Below, in pieces: positions 51,882 to 63,624 of a DNA stretch of 64,000 nucleotides. Every line of letters begins with the position of its first letter. The first letter of the stretch is position 1. The notes beneath the pieces were generated by a model. That model made no database searches. It was not told where the DNA came from and saw only the letters and a program-made list of their open reading frames with translations. The position numbers and the translations under genes are program-made. This stretch comes from Heterodontus francisci (Eukaryota), in assembly GCF_036365525.1 (NCBI RefSeq), contig NC_090413.1, positions 29,554,266 through 29,618,265 on the forward strand, read 5' to 3'.

Positions 51882-54800
51882 ATGGCGTTACCGGCGCCGC
51901 GGCCTGAGTCTCCCCGGTTCCCGCGGCGGCGGCTCCGGACTCTGTCGTGCGGACAGGGCGCGGTGCGGGCGGTGCGGTTTAACGGTAAAAAGCCGGCAGC
52001 GTCCCCGGGTCTCAGAACCCCCGGCACCTCTCAGTGCACGGGTCTGCCTACAGCGCCCCCAGCGGCTGGAGGACCTCAACCCCTCCTCCTGCAACCTTCC
52101 TCTTCCCCCTCCCACCAACCCCCAATCTCCCCTCCCCTCCCCCCTCCCCTCACCTCCCCTCACCTCATCCCCCGCCCCTCCCCTCATCCCCCTCCCCTCA
52201 TCCCCCTCCCCTCATCCTCATCCCCCTCCCCGTCCCCTCATCCCCCNNNNNNNNNNNNNNNNNNNNNNNNNNNNNNNNNNNNNNNNNNNNNNNNNNNNNN
52301 NNNNNNNNNNNNNNNNNNNNNNNNNNNNNNNNNNNNNNNNNNNNNNNNNNNNNNNNNNNNNNNNNNNNNNNNNNCCCTCCCCTCACCTCATCCCCCTTTC
52401 CCCCAATCTCCCCCCTCTTCCCCCAATCTCCCCCCTCTTCCCCAATCTCCCCCCTCTTTCCCCCCTCTTTCCCCAATCTCCCCCCTCTTCCCCCTCCCAC
52501 AAACCCCCTTCCCCCTCCCTCAACCCCCCAATCTCCTATTCCCTCCCCTCATCCCCCAATTTCCCCCTCTTCCCCCTCCCACAAACCCCCTTTCCCCCTC
52601 ATCCCCTCCCTCAACCCCCCAATCTCCTATTCCCTCCCCTCATCCCCCAATTTCCCCCTCTTCCCCCTCCCACAAACCCCCTTTCCCCCTCATCCCCTCC
52701 CTCAACCCCCCAATCTCCCATTCCCTCCCCTCATCCCCCTTTCCCCCAATCTCCTATTCCCTCCTCTCATCCCCCTCTCCCCCAATCTCCCCCCTCTTCC
52801 CCCTCCCACAAACCCCCTTTCCCCCTCCCCCTCCCCCTCCCTAAACCCCCCAATCTCCCATTCCCTCCCCTCATCCCCTCCGCCCTCCCTCATCCCCTCC
52901 GCCCTCCCTCATCCCCCTCTCCCCCCCCCTCATCCCCCTCTCCCCCCCATCCCCCTCCCTCATCCCCATCCCCCCAAATACCCCCTCTCCTGTCTCAAAT
53001 CTCCCTTCTCCCCAAATCAACTCCACCTCCCCTCAATCCAATGGCCTAACTCTATGCAAGGCCACAGGAGATGCACTCCTGCTGTATACTATAGATATTT
53101 GTATATGTTTCCTGCTTGTTGAGTGTTGTTTAGAGACAGTATATTTGCTATTTGTGATATTTTCTGTTTCTCTGCCCAGTGGATGGTAATTATTGTCTGA
53201 CCTGCGGCAGTGACAAATCCCTGAAGCTCTGGAATCCACATCGAGGAACTCTTCTGAAGACCTACTCTGGCCATGGATACGAGGTTCTGGATGCTGCTGG
53301 GTAAGAGGTTCTGTGTCACTGCACACACTGATCCCAATTTACAGACCCTGCCACAGGATGGATGACGCCTCCTGTAGATCAACACAGCCCTCAGTCAGAT
53401 GTTCTCTGCTTTCTCCCCTCTATCTGGTGCTGACTTGTGGCTGCCCTCCTGCTTCTAGCCCTCGAGCCCAAGTCTATTCAGATACATCTCTGCAGACACA
53501 GCTTTTGCAGCAGGTCACTGAAAGAGCTGGCACAGATGTGATAGGCTAAATAGCCTCCTGTGCTGCCATTCTCCAACTCTTGTACGTTTCTATTGGTTTT
53601 GATTTTGCTGTGACCCTAGACCCCCTGACCTTTGCCTTGGGGTCAGCTGGTCTACAGCTCCCTGACCTTTGCTGTTGTGGAGCAGAGTGTGGGGTGTGCC
53701 ATTGGGCTGAGCTGTTTGTGACCTTCTGCTACAGGTCCCTTCAATTCTTCCATAGTTCTGACCTCTCACCTCTCTCAGGTCCTGTGATAACAGCCAGGTC
53801 TGCTCGTGTGGAGCCGATAAAACCGTCATCCTATGGGACGTGGCGACGGGACAGCTGCTCCGGAAATTCCGGGGTCACGGAGGGGTAAGAAGGCTTTGTT
53901 TGTTAAATAACAGATCCTGTGGTTATCGATGCTTACCTGGGCTGGAATAGTGCCCGGGGGAGGGAAGGAGGTCAATGATGACGGCAGGGCGCGGGGATGT
54001 TATGAGGCAACTCACAGACTGTGTGCCCCCTCCTGTGCTGTGGTGTTTTGATCAGTGACTCTGCCTTCAGTCTTCACACCCCCACTTCATACAGCCCTTG
54101 TACTCCCTCCCCACCTTCAGAATTCTGAGACCGAGCTGTAGTATGGTACCTTCACTCTCCCCTGCCTTCCCCCCCACCGCACTGCTCACTGAATCCCCTC
54201 CCCCCCGCCACTGCTCACTGAATCTTCCCCCCCTCCACTGCTCACTGAATTCCACCTCCCCCCCAGCCCACCCTGCTCACCTGAATCTTCCCCCTGCCCC
54301 CCCGCTGCTCACTGACATCCTCCCCCCCACCCCCCAGCCACTGCTCACTGAATCTCCCCCCCCCCACTGCTCACTTAATCTCCGCCCCCCCCCCACCACT
54401 GCTCACTGTCATCTCTCCCACCCCCCACCTTCCAACATCACTCATGATTTCTCTTTTTTTTACAGAAAGTGAACTGTGTTCAATTCAACGAGGAGTCAAC
54501 TGTCATCATTTCAGGTGGGAAAGAGAATCGAATGTGGGCTTTCAGTGGGCTCCTGTCACCGGTAAAATTCAATCATGTGGGGGGTTGGATTTTGGGATGA
54601 AAGTGTCTGACTGTGACTGCTTTCAGCACATTTCACAATCCTGAATTCAAATCAGTCTGTGCTGTGATTGACTTCACCATAATTAATATGGTGGGCAGGA
54701 TCAGCAAGTGGGGGTCAGTGAGTAATAGGCAGGGGTCGGGGTGGGGGTGTCAGTGAGTAATAGGCAGGGGTCGGGGATGGCGGGTCAGTGAGTAGTGGGC

Positions 54801-57627
54801 AGGGGTCGGGGCGTAGGTCAGTGAGTAGTGGGCAGGGGTCGGGTCGGGTCAGTGAGTAGCGGGCAGGGGTCGGGCCAGGGTCAGTGAGTAGCGGGCAGGG
54901 GTCGGGCCGGGGTCAGTGAGTAATAGGCAGGGGTCGGGGTGGTGGGTCAGTGAGTAGCGGGCAGGGGTCGGGGTGGGGGGGGGGTCAGTGAGTAGCGGGC
55001 AGGGGTCGGAGTGGGGGGGGGTCAGTGAGTAGTGGGCAGGGGTCGGGTGGGCAGGGGTCGGGGTGGGGGGTCAGTGAGTAGTGGGCAGGGGTCGGGGTGG
55101 GGGGTCAGTGAGTAGTGGGCAGGGGTCGGGGTGGGGGGGTCAGTGAGTAATGGGCAGGGGTCGGGGGTGGCGGGTCAGTGAGTAGTGGGGCAGGGGTCGG
55201 GGCGTAGGTCAGTGAGTAGCGGGCAGGGGTGGGGGGGGGTCAGTGAGTAGCGGGCAGGGGTCGGAGTGGGGGGGGGTCAGTGAGTAGTGGGCAGGGGTCG
55301 GGGGTGGCGGGGGTCAGTGAGTAGCGGGCAGGGGTCGGGGTGTAGGTCAGTGAGTAGCGGGCAGGGGTCGGGTCGGGCCGGGGTCAGTGAGTAGCGGGCA
55401 GGGGTCGGGCCGGGGTCAGTGAGTAGCGGCAGGGGTCGGGTCGGGCCGGGGTCAGTGAGTAGCAGGCAGGAGTCGGGCCGGGGTCAGTGAGTAGCGGGCA
55501 GGGGTCGGGCCGGGGTCAGTGAGTAGCGGGCATGCCAGTTCTCTGCAGAGCAATCCAGTCAGTCCCACTCCCCGCTCTATCCCCATAGCCATGCAAGTTT
55601 ATTTCCTTAAGTGTCCAATTTCCTTTTTAAATTATTGTCTCTGCTTCCACCACCCTCGTGGGCAGCGAGTTCCAGGTCATTACCACTCACTGTGTAAAAG
55701 AAGTTCTTGCTCACATTCCCCCCTAGTCCTTGTACCATTAGTTCATGGGAACAGCTTTTCCTTGTCTAATTTATCTAAGCCTATCATAATCTTGTACACT
55801 TCTATAAAATCTCCCCTCAATCTCCTTTGTTCTGAGGAGAACAATCCCAGCTTTTCCAACCTAACCTTGTAATTAAAATCCCCCATCCCTGGAATTATTC
55901 TGGTAAACTCCTTTCCACCCTCTTAAGGACCCTCTCATCCTTCCTGAAGTGTGGTGACCAGAACTGGATGTAATACTCTAGTTGGAACCTAACCAGAGCT
56001 TTTATAAAGGTTCAGCACGACTTCCCTGCTTTTGTAATCAATGCCTTTATGACTCCCAAGATCCCATATGCTTTACTAACTAATCTCTCGACATGTCCTG
56101 CCACCTTCAAAGATCGATGCATGTTCACCCCCAGGTCCCTCTGTTCCTGCACACTTCTTAGAACTGTGCCATTAAGTATATATTACCTCTCCCTATTCCT
56201 TCTGGCAAAATGCATCACCTCACACTTCTCTGTTTTAAATCTGTCCGTCACTTGTCGGCCCATTTTGCTAGCCTATTCTAGCGTAAGAAATCAGACAGTA
56301 CAGCACAGGAACAGGAATCATCCATTTTGCCCCTTAAGCCTATTGCACTGTTGTTACGAAGATGCTTCCATTTTTAATATTTTTTGAAGACTTGTGGTCA
56401 AAAGACTGTGGAAATACCTGAGGAGATGCTGGACTAGTTTTTTTTTTAAAGGGCATTGGAAGGACACTTGGGACTTTGTTTAAAAACAAACACTTACTGA
56501 AAGTCATATGTCTTAAACTAAGTAAACAGCTGGAGCCTTGCTGACTATTGGAGTTGTATACAGAGAAGTGACATGTCCAGATTTATGGTGGTCAAGATGT
56601 GGTTTGGTTTTTGGATATTGTTTGGAGTTCAGTTGGGGTGTAAACCTGCTAAGAGAGAGAGGCAACCAGCTCACCCTGTTCCACATCTTTGAAAAACCCT
56701 GAGAATCCAGTGTGAGAACTGGAGAAACTGATGCAGCATTTCTCCTGGAAGACTTTCTCTTGACATCTCCTGAGTGAACTGCTTCTGAAAAGATCCCAGT
56801 GACAACTGCATGTGTATCCGTGTGTGTTGAGTTATTTACAAGGGAATATATTTATACTTCCATATTTCAACCAGTGTGTTAATAAGCTTTGCATCTTTAT
56901 TGAATAAGTCTTGTTTTATCATTTAATAATTCTGTTGTTTATTAAAGAAACCTGGTTGGCGGATTTTTATTTTGAAACTAAAATAAAATATATAATTGGC
57001 CGTATTGGTAACTGGGTAAAACATTTAATTATGTTTTGACCACTAGGAGAAATGTAACTAGAGAAAGACAGTGCATTCCTTCATCTCGGTTCTAACACTG
57101 TTCGATCGGATCCTTTCAGCTTAATTCACCAACTCTACTGCTTTTAGTGAGAGTTTGCTGCAGGTTGCAATCTCCACACTTATTTATAGTTTGACTTATG
57201 TGGTAGTTCGAGCTCAGTCAACAGTGCACTCTTTAACTGACCGAAGATTCTGATTGCAGGTTCCATTGACACTTCGGTTCGATGTTGGGACTGTCGCTCA
57301 CGAGGCATCACAGCCCATTCAAATCTTAGATGAAGCAAAGGATGGGATTTCCAGTGTGAAGGTTTCAGACCATGAAATTCTGTCAGGGTGAGCAAACAGA
57401 GGGCAGCAATAATTGCAAGAGCAATGTAACAACTAGAAACTCACACACAGATACACACCAAAACTCTTTGCTGTGCAAGAGTAGGTGATGTGAAGTTTTA
57501 TGAGTGAGTCTTGTGTAACAGAGATTTGCTTTGCATAGTAACAGCTTTCTATTGTTTTAGGTCTGTTGATGGCGAGTTCGGAGATATGACCTGCGGATGG
57601 GACAGTTGTTTGTAGATTTCATTGGAA
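51882..57627 (+). CDS. WDR83: WD repeat-containing protein 83 (MORG1), partial; exons 51882-51984, 53180-53300, 53779-53884, 54466-54514, 57260-57387, 57561-57627; apparent +1 and -1 indels in exons 5 and 6; later exons not in window
   Basis: MALPAPRP...CGQGAVRAVRFN/VDGNYCLTCGSDKSLKLWNP...GHGYEVLDAAG/SCDNSQVCSCGADKTVILWDV...FRGHGG/KVNCVQFNEESTVIISG/SIDTSVRCWDCRSR..QPIQILDEAKDGISSVKVSDHEILSG/SVDG.RVRRYDLRMGQLFVDFIG matches MORG1 as remembered. GT-AG introns. Confidence 0.93.
52080..53030. repeat. C-rich polypyrimidine low-complexity/tandem region in WDR83 intron 1, containing an N gap (52247-52374)
   Basis: CCCCTCATCCCC and CCCCAATCTCCC units; 128 Ns. Confidence 0.85.
54170..54420. repeat. 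C-rich minisatellite (CCACTGCTCACTGAATC + C-run) in WDR83 intron 3
   Basis: About 8 CTGCTCAC-containing units. Confidence 0.8.
54710..55530. repeat. G-rich minisatellite (GGGTCAGTGAGTAGCGGGCAGGGGTCGGG...) in WDR83 intron 4, G-quadruplex-prone
   Basis: About 24 units of ~30-36 bp with multiple G3+ runs. Confidence 0.9.
55531..56280 (-). mobile_element. CR1 LINE 3' fragment
   Basis: Reverse-strand CR1 RT C-terminus/3' UTR (GTGGTGACCAGAACTGG, TGCATCACCTCACACTT). Confidence 0.75.
56352..57097. mobile_element. Solo LTR (746 bp) with 4-bp TSD
   Basis: Begins TGTTA and ends TAACA. Flanked by CTGT at 56348-56351 and 57098-57101. Internal AATAAA at ~56982. Interrupts a CR1 tail fragment. Confidence 0.75.
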
Positions 57628-57713
57628 GTAAGTGCTGGACAAGAGGGCCTGTGTTTAATACCAGTAAGATGGAATTCTAGCATTTCAGCTCAGACTGAGG
57701 GCGTATGTCTCTA

Positions 57714-57913
57714 NNNNNNNNNNNNNNNNNNNNNNNNNNNNNNNNNNNNNNNNNNNNNNNNNNNNNNNNNNNNNNNNNNNNNNNNNNNNNNNNNNNNNNN
57801 NNNNNNNNNNNNNNNNNNNNNNNNNNNNNNNNNNNNNNNNNNNNNNNNNNNNNNNNNNNNNNNNNNNNNNNNNNNNNNNNNNNNNNNNNNNNNNNNNNNN
57901 NNNNNNNNNNNNN
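57714..57913. other. Assembly gap (200 N)
   Basis: N run; the round size suggests a scaffolding join. Confidence 0.98.
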
Positions 57914-58955
57914 TTGAAAAGTGAGGACAAGGGGAACCCTGTCATGGTTCTGGGAGGGAGGGGAAGGGGTGAGGGTAGAGGTGCGGGGAATGGGTCGGAC
58001 ACAGTTGAGGGGCCCTGTCAACTACAGTGGGGGGAAATCCTCGGTTGAGGAAAAAGGTCATATCAGAAGCACCGTCATGGAAGGTAGCATCATCAGAGCA
58101 GATGCGTCGGAGACGGAGAAACTGGGAGAATGGAATGGAGTCCTTACAGGAGGTAGGGTGTGAAGAAGTGTAGTCGAGGTAGCTGTGGGAGTCGGTGGGC
58201 TTATAATGGATATTAGTAGACAACCTATCCCCAGAGCTGGAGACAGAGAAGTCGAGGAAGGGAAGGGAAGTGTCAGAGATGGACCATGTAAAGGTGAGAG
58301 AAGGGTGGAAATTGGAAGCAAAGTTGATTAAGTTTTCCAGTTCAGGGCAGGAGCAGGAAACAGCACCGATACAGTCATCAATGTACCGGAAAAAGAGTTG
58401 GGGGAGGGGGCCTGAGTAGGACTGGAACAAAGAATGCTCGACATATCCCACAAAAAGACAGGCATAACTAGGACCCATGCGGGTACCCATAGCGACACCT
58501 TTTACTTGAAGGAAGTGCGTGGAGTTGAAGGAGAAGTTGTTCAATGTGAGAACAAGTTCAGCCAGGCGGAGGAGGGTGGTGGTGGATGGGGACTGGTTGG
58601 GCCTCTGTTCCAGGAAGAAGCGGAGAGCCCTCAAACCATCCTGGTGGGGGATGGAGGTGTCGAGAGATTGGACGTCCATAGTGAAGAGGCGGCGGTTGGG
58701 ACCAGGAAACTGGAAATTGTCAAAATGACGTAGGGCGTCAGAAGAGTCACGGATGTAGGTGGGAAGAGACTGGACCAGTGGAGAAAAGATAGAGTCTAGA
58801 TAGGAAGAAATAAGTTCAGTGGGGCAAGAGCAGGCTGACACAATGGGTCTGCCGGGACAGTCCCGTTTGTGGATTTTGGGAAGGAGGTAGAAGCGGGCTG
58901 TCCGGGGTTGTGGGACTATGAGGTTGGAAGCTGTAGAGGGAAGATCTCCAGAGGA
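57914..58955 (-). mobile_element. Penelope-like element, reverse transcriptase fragment
   Basis: ORF 57942..58841 has MDVQSL.TSIPH, GVAMGTRMGPSYA, RYIDD, LPFLD and YKPT...YLDYTSSHP, which are PLE RT motifs. Truncated by the gap. Confidence 0.88.
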
Positions 58956-59218
58956 GATCTACTTGTGCTGCTGCCTTCAGTGATCTATGGACAAGTACAC
59001 CAAGGATGCCACAATCCATTGTATAGTCCCTTGCCTTGTTAGTCCTCCCAAAGTGCATCACCTCACACTTCTCAGGATTAAATTCCATTTGCTACTGCTC
59101 CACCCATCTTAATAGCCCATCTATATCGTCCTGTAATCTAAGGCTTTCCTCCTCACTATTTACCGACACCACCAATTTTCATGTCGTCTGCGAACTTACT
59201 GATCATACTTCGTATATT

Positions 59219-59971
59219 TTGGAAGGTCGAATTTGAATGCAGAATACAGGCTTAAAGACAGGATTCTTGGCAGTGTGGAGGAACAGAGGGATCTTGGGGT
59301 CCACGTCCATAGATCCCGCAAAGTTGCCACCCAAGTTGATAGGGTTGTTAAGAAGGCGTATGGGGTGTTGGCTTTCATTAACAGGGGGATTGAGTTTAAG
59401 AGCCGTGAGGTTATGCTGCAGCTCTATAAAGCCCTGGTTAGACCACACTTGGAATATTGTGTTCAGTTCTGGTCGCCTCATTATAGGAAGGATGTGGAAG
59501 CTTTAGAGAGGGTGCAGAGGAGATTTACCAGGATGCTGCCTGGACTGGAGGGCATGTCCTATGAAGAAAGATTGAGGGAGCTAGGGCTTTTCTCATTGGA
59601 GCGAAGAAGGATGAGAGGTGACTTGATAGAGGGGTACAGGATGATGAGAGGCATAGATAGAGTGGATAGCCAGAGACTTTTTCCCAGGGCGGAAAGGGCT
59701 ATCACCAGGGGGCATAATTTTAAGGTGATTGGAGGAAGGTTTAGGGGAGATGTCAGAGGTAGGTTCTTTACACAGAGAGTGGTGGGTGTGTGGAATGCAC
59801 TGCCAGCGGTGGTAGTAGAAGCAGATACATTAGGGACATTTAAGCGACTCTTGGATAGGTATATGGATGATAGTAGAATGAAGGGTATGTAGGTACTTTG
59901 ATCTTAGAGTAGGTTAAAGGGTCGGCACAACATCGTGGGCCGAAGGGCCTGTACTGTGCTGTTCTATGTTC
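59219..59971 (+). mobile_element. Younger 5'-truncated CR1 LINE nested in the older CR1
   Basis: Open frame 59233-59892 ([19 protein letters not shown]...TRGH...VWNALP). 3' tail GGGCCGAAGGGCCTGTACTGTGCTGTTCTATGTTC. Candidate TSD TATATT at 59213-59218 and 59972-59977. Confidence 0.88.
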
Positions 59972-60305
59972 TATATTCACATCTAAATTAATGTACACTA
60001 CAACCAGTAAGAGTCCCAGCACCAATCCCTGCAGTACCCCACTGGTCATAGGCCTCCATTCACAAAAACAACCCTCGACCATCACTCTCTGCCTCCTGCC
60101 ACTAAGCCATGCGGGACCTCATCAAAAGCCTTACTGAAGACCATGTAGACGACATCAACTGCTTTACCCTCATCTGCACCTCTAGTCACCTTGAAAAATT
60201 CAATCAAATTTGTTAGACACGATCTCCCCCTGACAAAGCTGTGCTGACTATCCCTGATTAATCCCTGCCTCTCCAACTAGAGTAATCCTGTTTCAGAACA
60301 GGATA

Positions 60306-60645
60306 GGGTGGCAGTGGCGCAGTGGTTAGCACCACAGCCTCACAGCTCCAGCGACCCGGGTTCAGTTCTGGGAACTGCCTGTGCGGAGTTTGCAAGTTCT
60401 CCCTGTGTCTGCGTGGGTTTCTGCCGGGTGCTCCGGTTTCCTCCCACCTCCAAAAGACTTGCAGGTTGATAGGTAAATTGGCCATTGTAAATTGCCCCTA
60501 GTGTAGGTAGGTGGTAGGAGAATGGTGGGGATTTGGTAGAGAATATGGGGTTAATGTAGGATTAGTATCGATGGGTGGTTGTTGGTCGGCACAGACTCGG
60601 TGGGCCGAAGGGCCTGTTTCAGTGCTGTATCTCTAAATAAATAAA
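60306..60645 (+). mobile_element. tRNA-derived SINE (HE1/V-SINE type), second copy, nested in CR1
   Basis: Closely similar to 35501-35852, with A/B boxes and a CTCTAAATAAATAAA tail. Confidence 0.88.
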
Positions 60646-63159
60646 GAATTTTTTCCAATAATTTCCCTACCACTGATGTTAGACTCACCGGCCTGTAATT
60701 ACCTGGTTTATCCCTGCTACCGTTCTTGAATAATGGTACCACATTCGCTGTCCTCCAGTCCTCTGGTACCTCTCCTGTGGCCAGAGAGGATCTGAAAATT
60801 TGTGTGTCAGAGCCCCCGCTATCTCCTCCCATGCCTCACATCGCAGGCTGGGATACATCTCATCTGGGCCTGGGGATTTATCCACCTTTAAGCCCACTAA
60901 TACAGCTAATACTTCCTCCCTTTCAATGCTAATTTGATCAAGTATATCACAATCCCCCTCCCTGATCTCTACAGCTACATCGTCCCTCTCCATAGTGAAC
61001 ACAGATGAAAAGTAATCATTCAACACTTCACCTACGTCCTCCGACTCCACACACAGATTGCCTCTTTGATCCCTAATGGGCCCCACTTTTTCCCTGGTTA
61101 TCCTTTTGCCCCACCATACTTATAAAACACATTGGGATTTTCCTTTAACATGTCTGCCAATGAGATTTTTCATGCCCCCTCTTTGCTCTCCTAATTACTT
61201 TTTTTTTTAAGTACTCCCCTACACTTTCTATACTCCAAGGCCTCCGCTGTTTTCAGCACTCTGAATCTGCCATTCGCCTCCTTTTTTTTCCCCTTATCCA
61301 ATCTTCTATATCCCTTGACCTGTTGGTCCTACTCTTCACCTTTACAGGAACATGCTGCACTTGAACCCTCACAATTTCCCTACTAAATGACTCCCACTGG
61401 TCTGATGTAGACTTTCCTATAAGAAGCTGCTCCCAGTTCACTTTAGCCAGATCTTGTTTCATCATACTGAAATCAGCCTTCCCCCAATTCAGTACCTTTA
61501 TTTCCAGTCCATTTTTGTCCTTTTCCATAACTACCTTAAATTGTTCAGAGTTATGGTCAGTATCCTCAAAATGCTCCCCCACTGCCACTTCTACCCCTTG
61601 TCCAGCTTCATTCCCTAGGATTAAGTCCAGTACCGCCCCTCCGTGCTGGCTCAAAAAGCTCTCCTGAATGCACTTGAAGAATTCTGCCCCCTTTAAGCTT
61701 TTTGCACTAATACTATCCCCTCTAATATAGGGGAAGTTGAAATCCCCTATTATTGCACCTCTGAGATTTGCCTACATATCTGCTCCTCTACCACTGCCTG
61801 ACTGTTTGGAGGCCTGTAGTACACTCCCAGCCAAGTGACAACCCCCTTTTTGTTTTAGTTCTACCTGTATGGCCTCATTTGAGGAACCTTCTAAGATATC
61901 ATCCCTCCTTACTGCAGTAATTGTCTCCTTGATCAACAGTGCAATACCACCTCCTCTTTTACCCCCTCCCCTATCACGTCTGAAGATTCTATACCCTGGG
62001 ATATTAAGCTGCCAGTCCTGCCCTTCCCTCAACCATGTCTCAGTAATAGCAATATCATATTCCCATGTGTTAATCAACGCCCTCAATTCATCTGCCTTAC
62101 TAGTAAGACTCCTTGTGCTAAAATAGATACAATCCAGCCTTGCATTATTTGCCTGAGCCTTAACAGATCTACATTTACTCTGACCTCCGGACTGACTTAG
62201 CTTCACATTTATATTTGATTGTACATCACCCCCATCTCCCTGCCAAATTAGTTAGAACCGCCCCTACCACACCAACAGTAATAGCAAACCTCCCAGCAAG
62301 GATGTTGGTCCCTTTCTGGTTCAGGTGCAACCCGTCCATCTTATACAGATCCCACCTTCACCAGAAACAGGCCCAGTGATCCAAGAATCTAAACCCTCCC
62401 TCGTGCACCATTTCCCCAACCATGCATTCATCTGCTCTAACCTCCTATTCATATACTCACTAGCCCATGGTACCAGATGAAACCTAGAGATTACAACCTT
62501 TGAGGTCCTACTTTTTAATGTCTACCTATGTCATTGGTACCAACGTGGACCATGACCTCCAGCTGTGCACCCTCACCCTCCAGAATACTTTGTAGCTGCT
62601 CAGTGATATCCAAGACCTTTGCACCAGGGAGGCAACATACTATCCTGGAATCACGTCTGCGACCACAGAAAAGCTTATCTGTTCCTCTAGCCATAGAATT
62701 CCCTACCACTATTGCTCTCTTGTCCTTTTTTCTCCATCCCAGCACAGCCGAGTAAGCCATGACAATCCTTTCCTGACTCTCAGTGCATTCTCCAGAGGAA
62801 CCCTCTCTCTCTCATCGGTACTCAGAACTGAATACCAGTTAGAAAGTGGGATGTCCTCTGGGGACTCCTGCGCTACCTACCCTGACTTCTTTGTCCATCC
62901 GGCAGCCACCCCCCAACTGTGCTTGCCTAAGCACCGGCTTGACTACCTCACTAGTCCTGCACCTCACGGATGTGCCACAGTGACTCCAGCCGCCGCTCGA
63001 GCTCCGAAACCCGAAGCTCAAACTTCTGCAACCGGAGACACTTTCTGCAGACATGTTCGCCACGGTCACATGGCCCCTCTCTACAAATAATCATAGCTCA
63101 CAGGCACAGCAAGCGTGGGGTTCAGGTTTATCCTTTTTAAAATGAGGCAATCCTAAAAT

Positions 63160-63575
63160 TAGAACATTAACAGAAGCAGGAGCAGAGCCTACAGCCCATC
63201 GAACCTCCTCTGCCATTTAATAAGATCATAGCTGATCTCATCTTGGCCTCAATGCCACCTTCCTGCCTGATTCCCTTAACACTCACCTTCCCTCTAGTTC
63301 AAGAATGTCTATCTTAACCTTGAAGATCTTCAATGACTCAGCCTCCACAGCTGTCTGGTGTAGAGAATTCCAAAGATTTACCCCCTCATCTCAGTATTAA
63401 ATGGACAGCCCCTTATTCTGAATCTGTACCCCTCGTTTTATTTCCTCATGAGGGGAAACATCCTGTTGCCATCTATCTTGTCCAGCCCCCTCAGAATTGT
63501 ATGTTTCAATAAGATCACCTCATTCTTCTGATACGACAACCCCTTCAGCCTAGGAATCAACCTAGATTGCATCCT
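63160..63575 (-). mobile_element. CR1 LINE 3' tail fragment
   Basis: AGCAGGAGCAG...GCCATTTAATAAGATCATAGCTGATCT...; minus-strand remnant RLIPRLKGLSY. Confidence 0.7.
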
Positions 63576-63624
63576 GCCATAGTGGAAATGGAGTGCTTTT
63601 TTAAAACAAAATCCATTAATGAGA

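Larger units (their letters stand above)
58956..63090 (-). mobile_element. Long degraded CR1 LINE (ORF1 SGNH/GDSL esterase, APE endonuclease, RT) carrying nested insertions
   Basis: ORF1 VVGNS..RG...CCLPGAKV...HVGTND (62515-62760); EN ITETWL...GGGIALL (61772-62206); KSPGPD, NYRPVSLTSVVGK, GRSCLTNLIEFF, SGVLQG, FNPEKCEVMHFG fragments in the expected order. Confidence 0.88.

Noticed and set aside
51985-53122. Proline-rich ORFs extending from WDR83 exon 1
   Set aside because: Read-through into a C-rich low-complexity intron and an N gap; the real exon ends at 51984.
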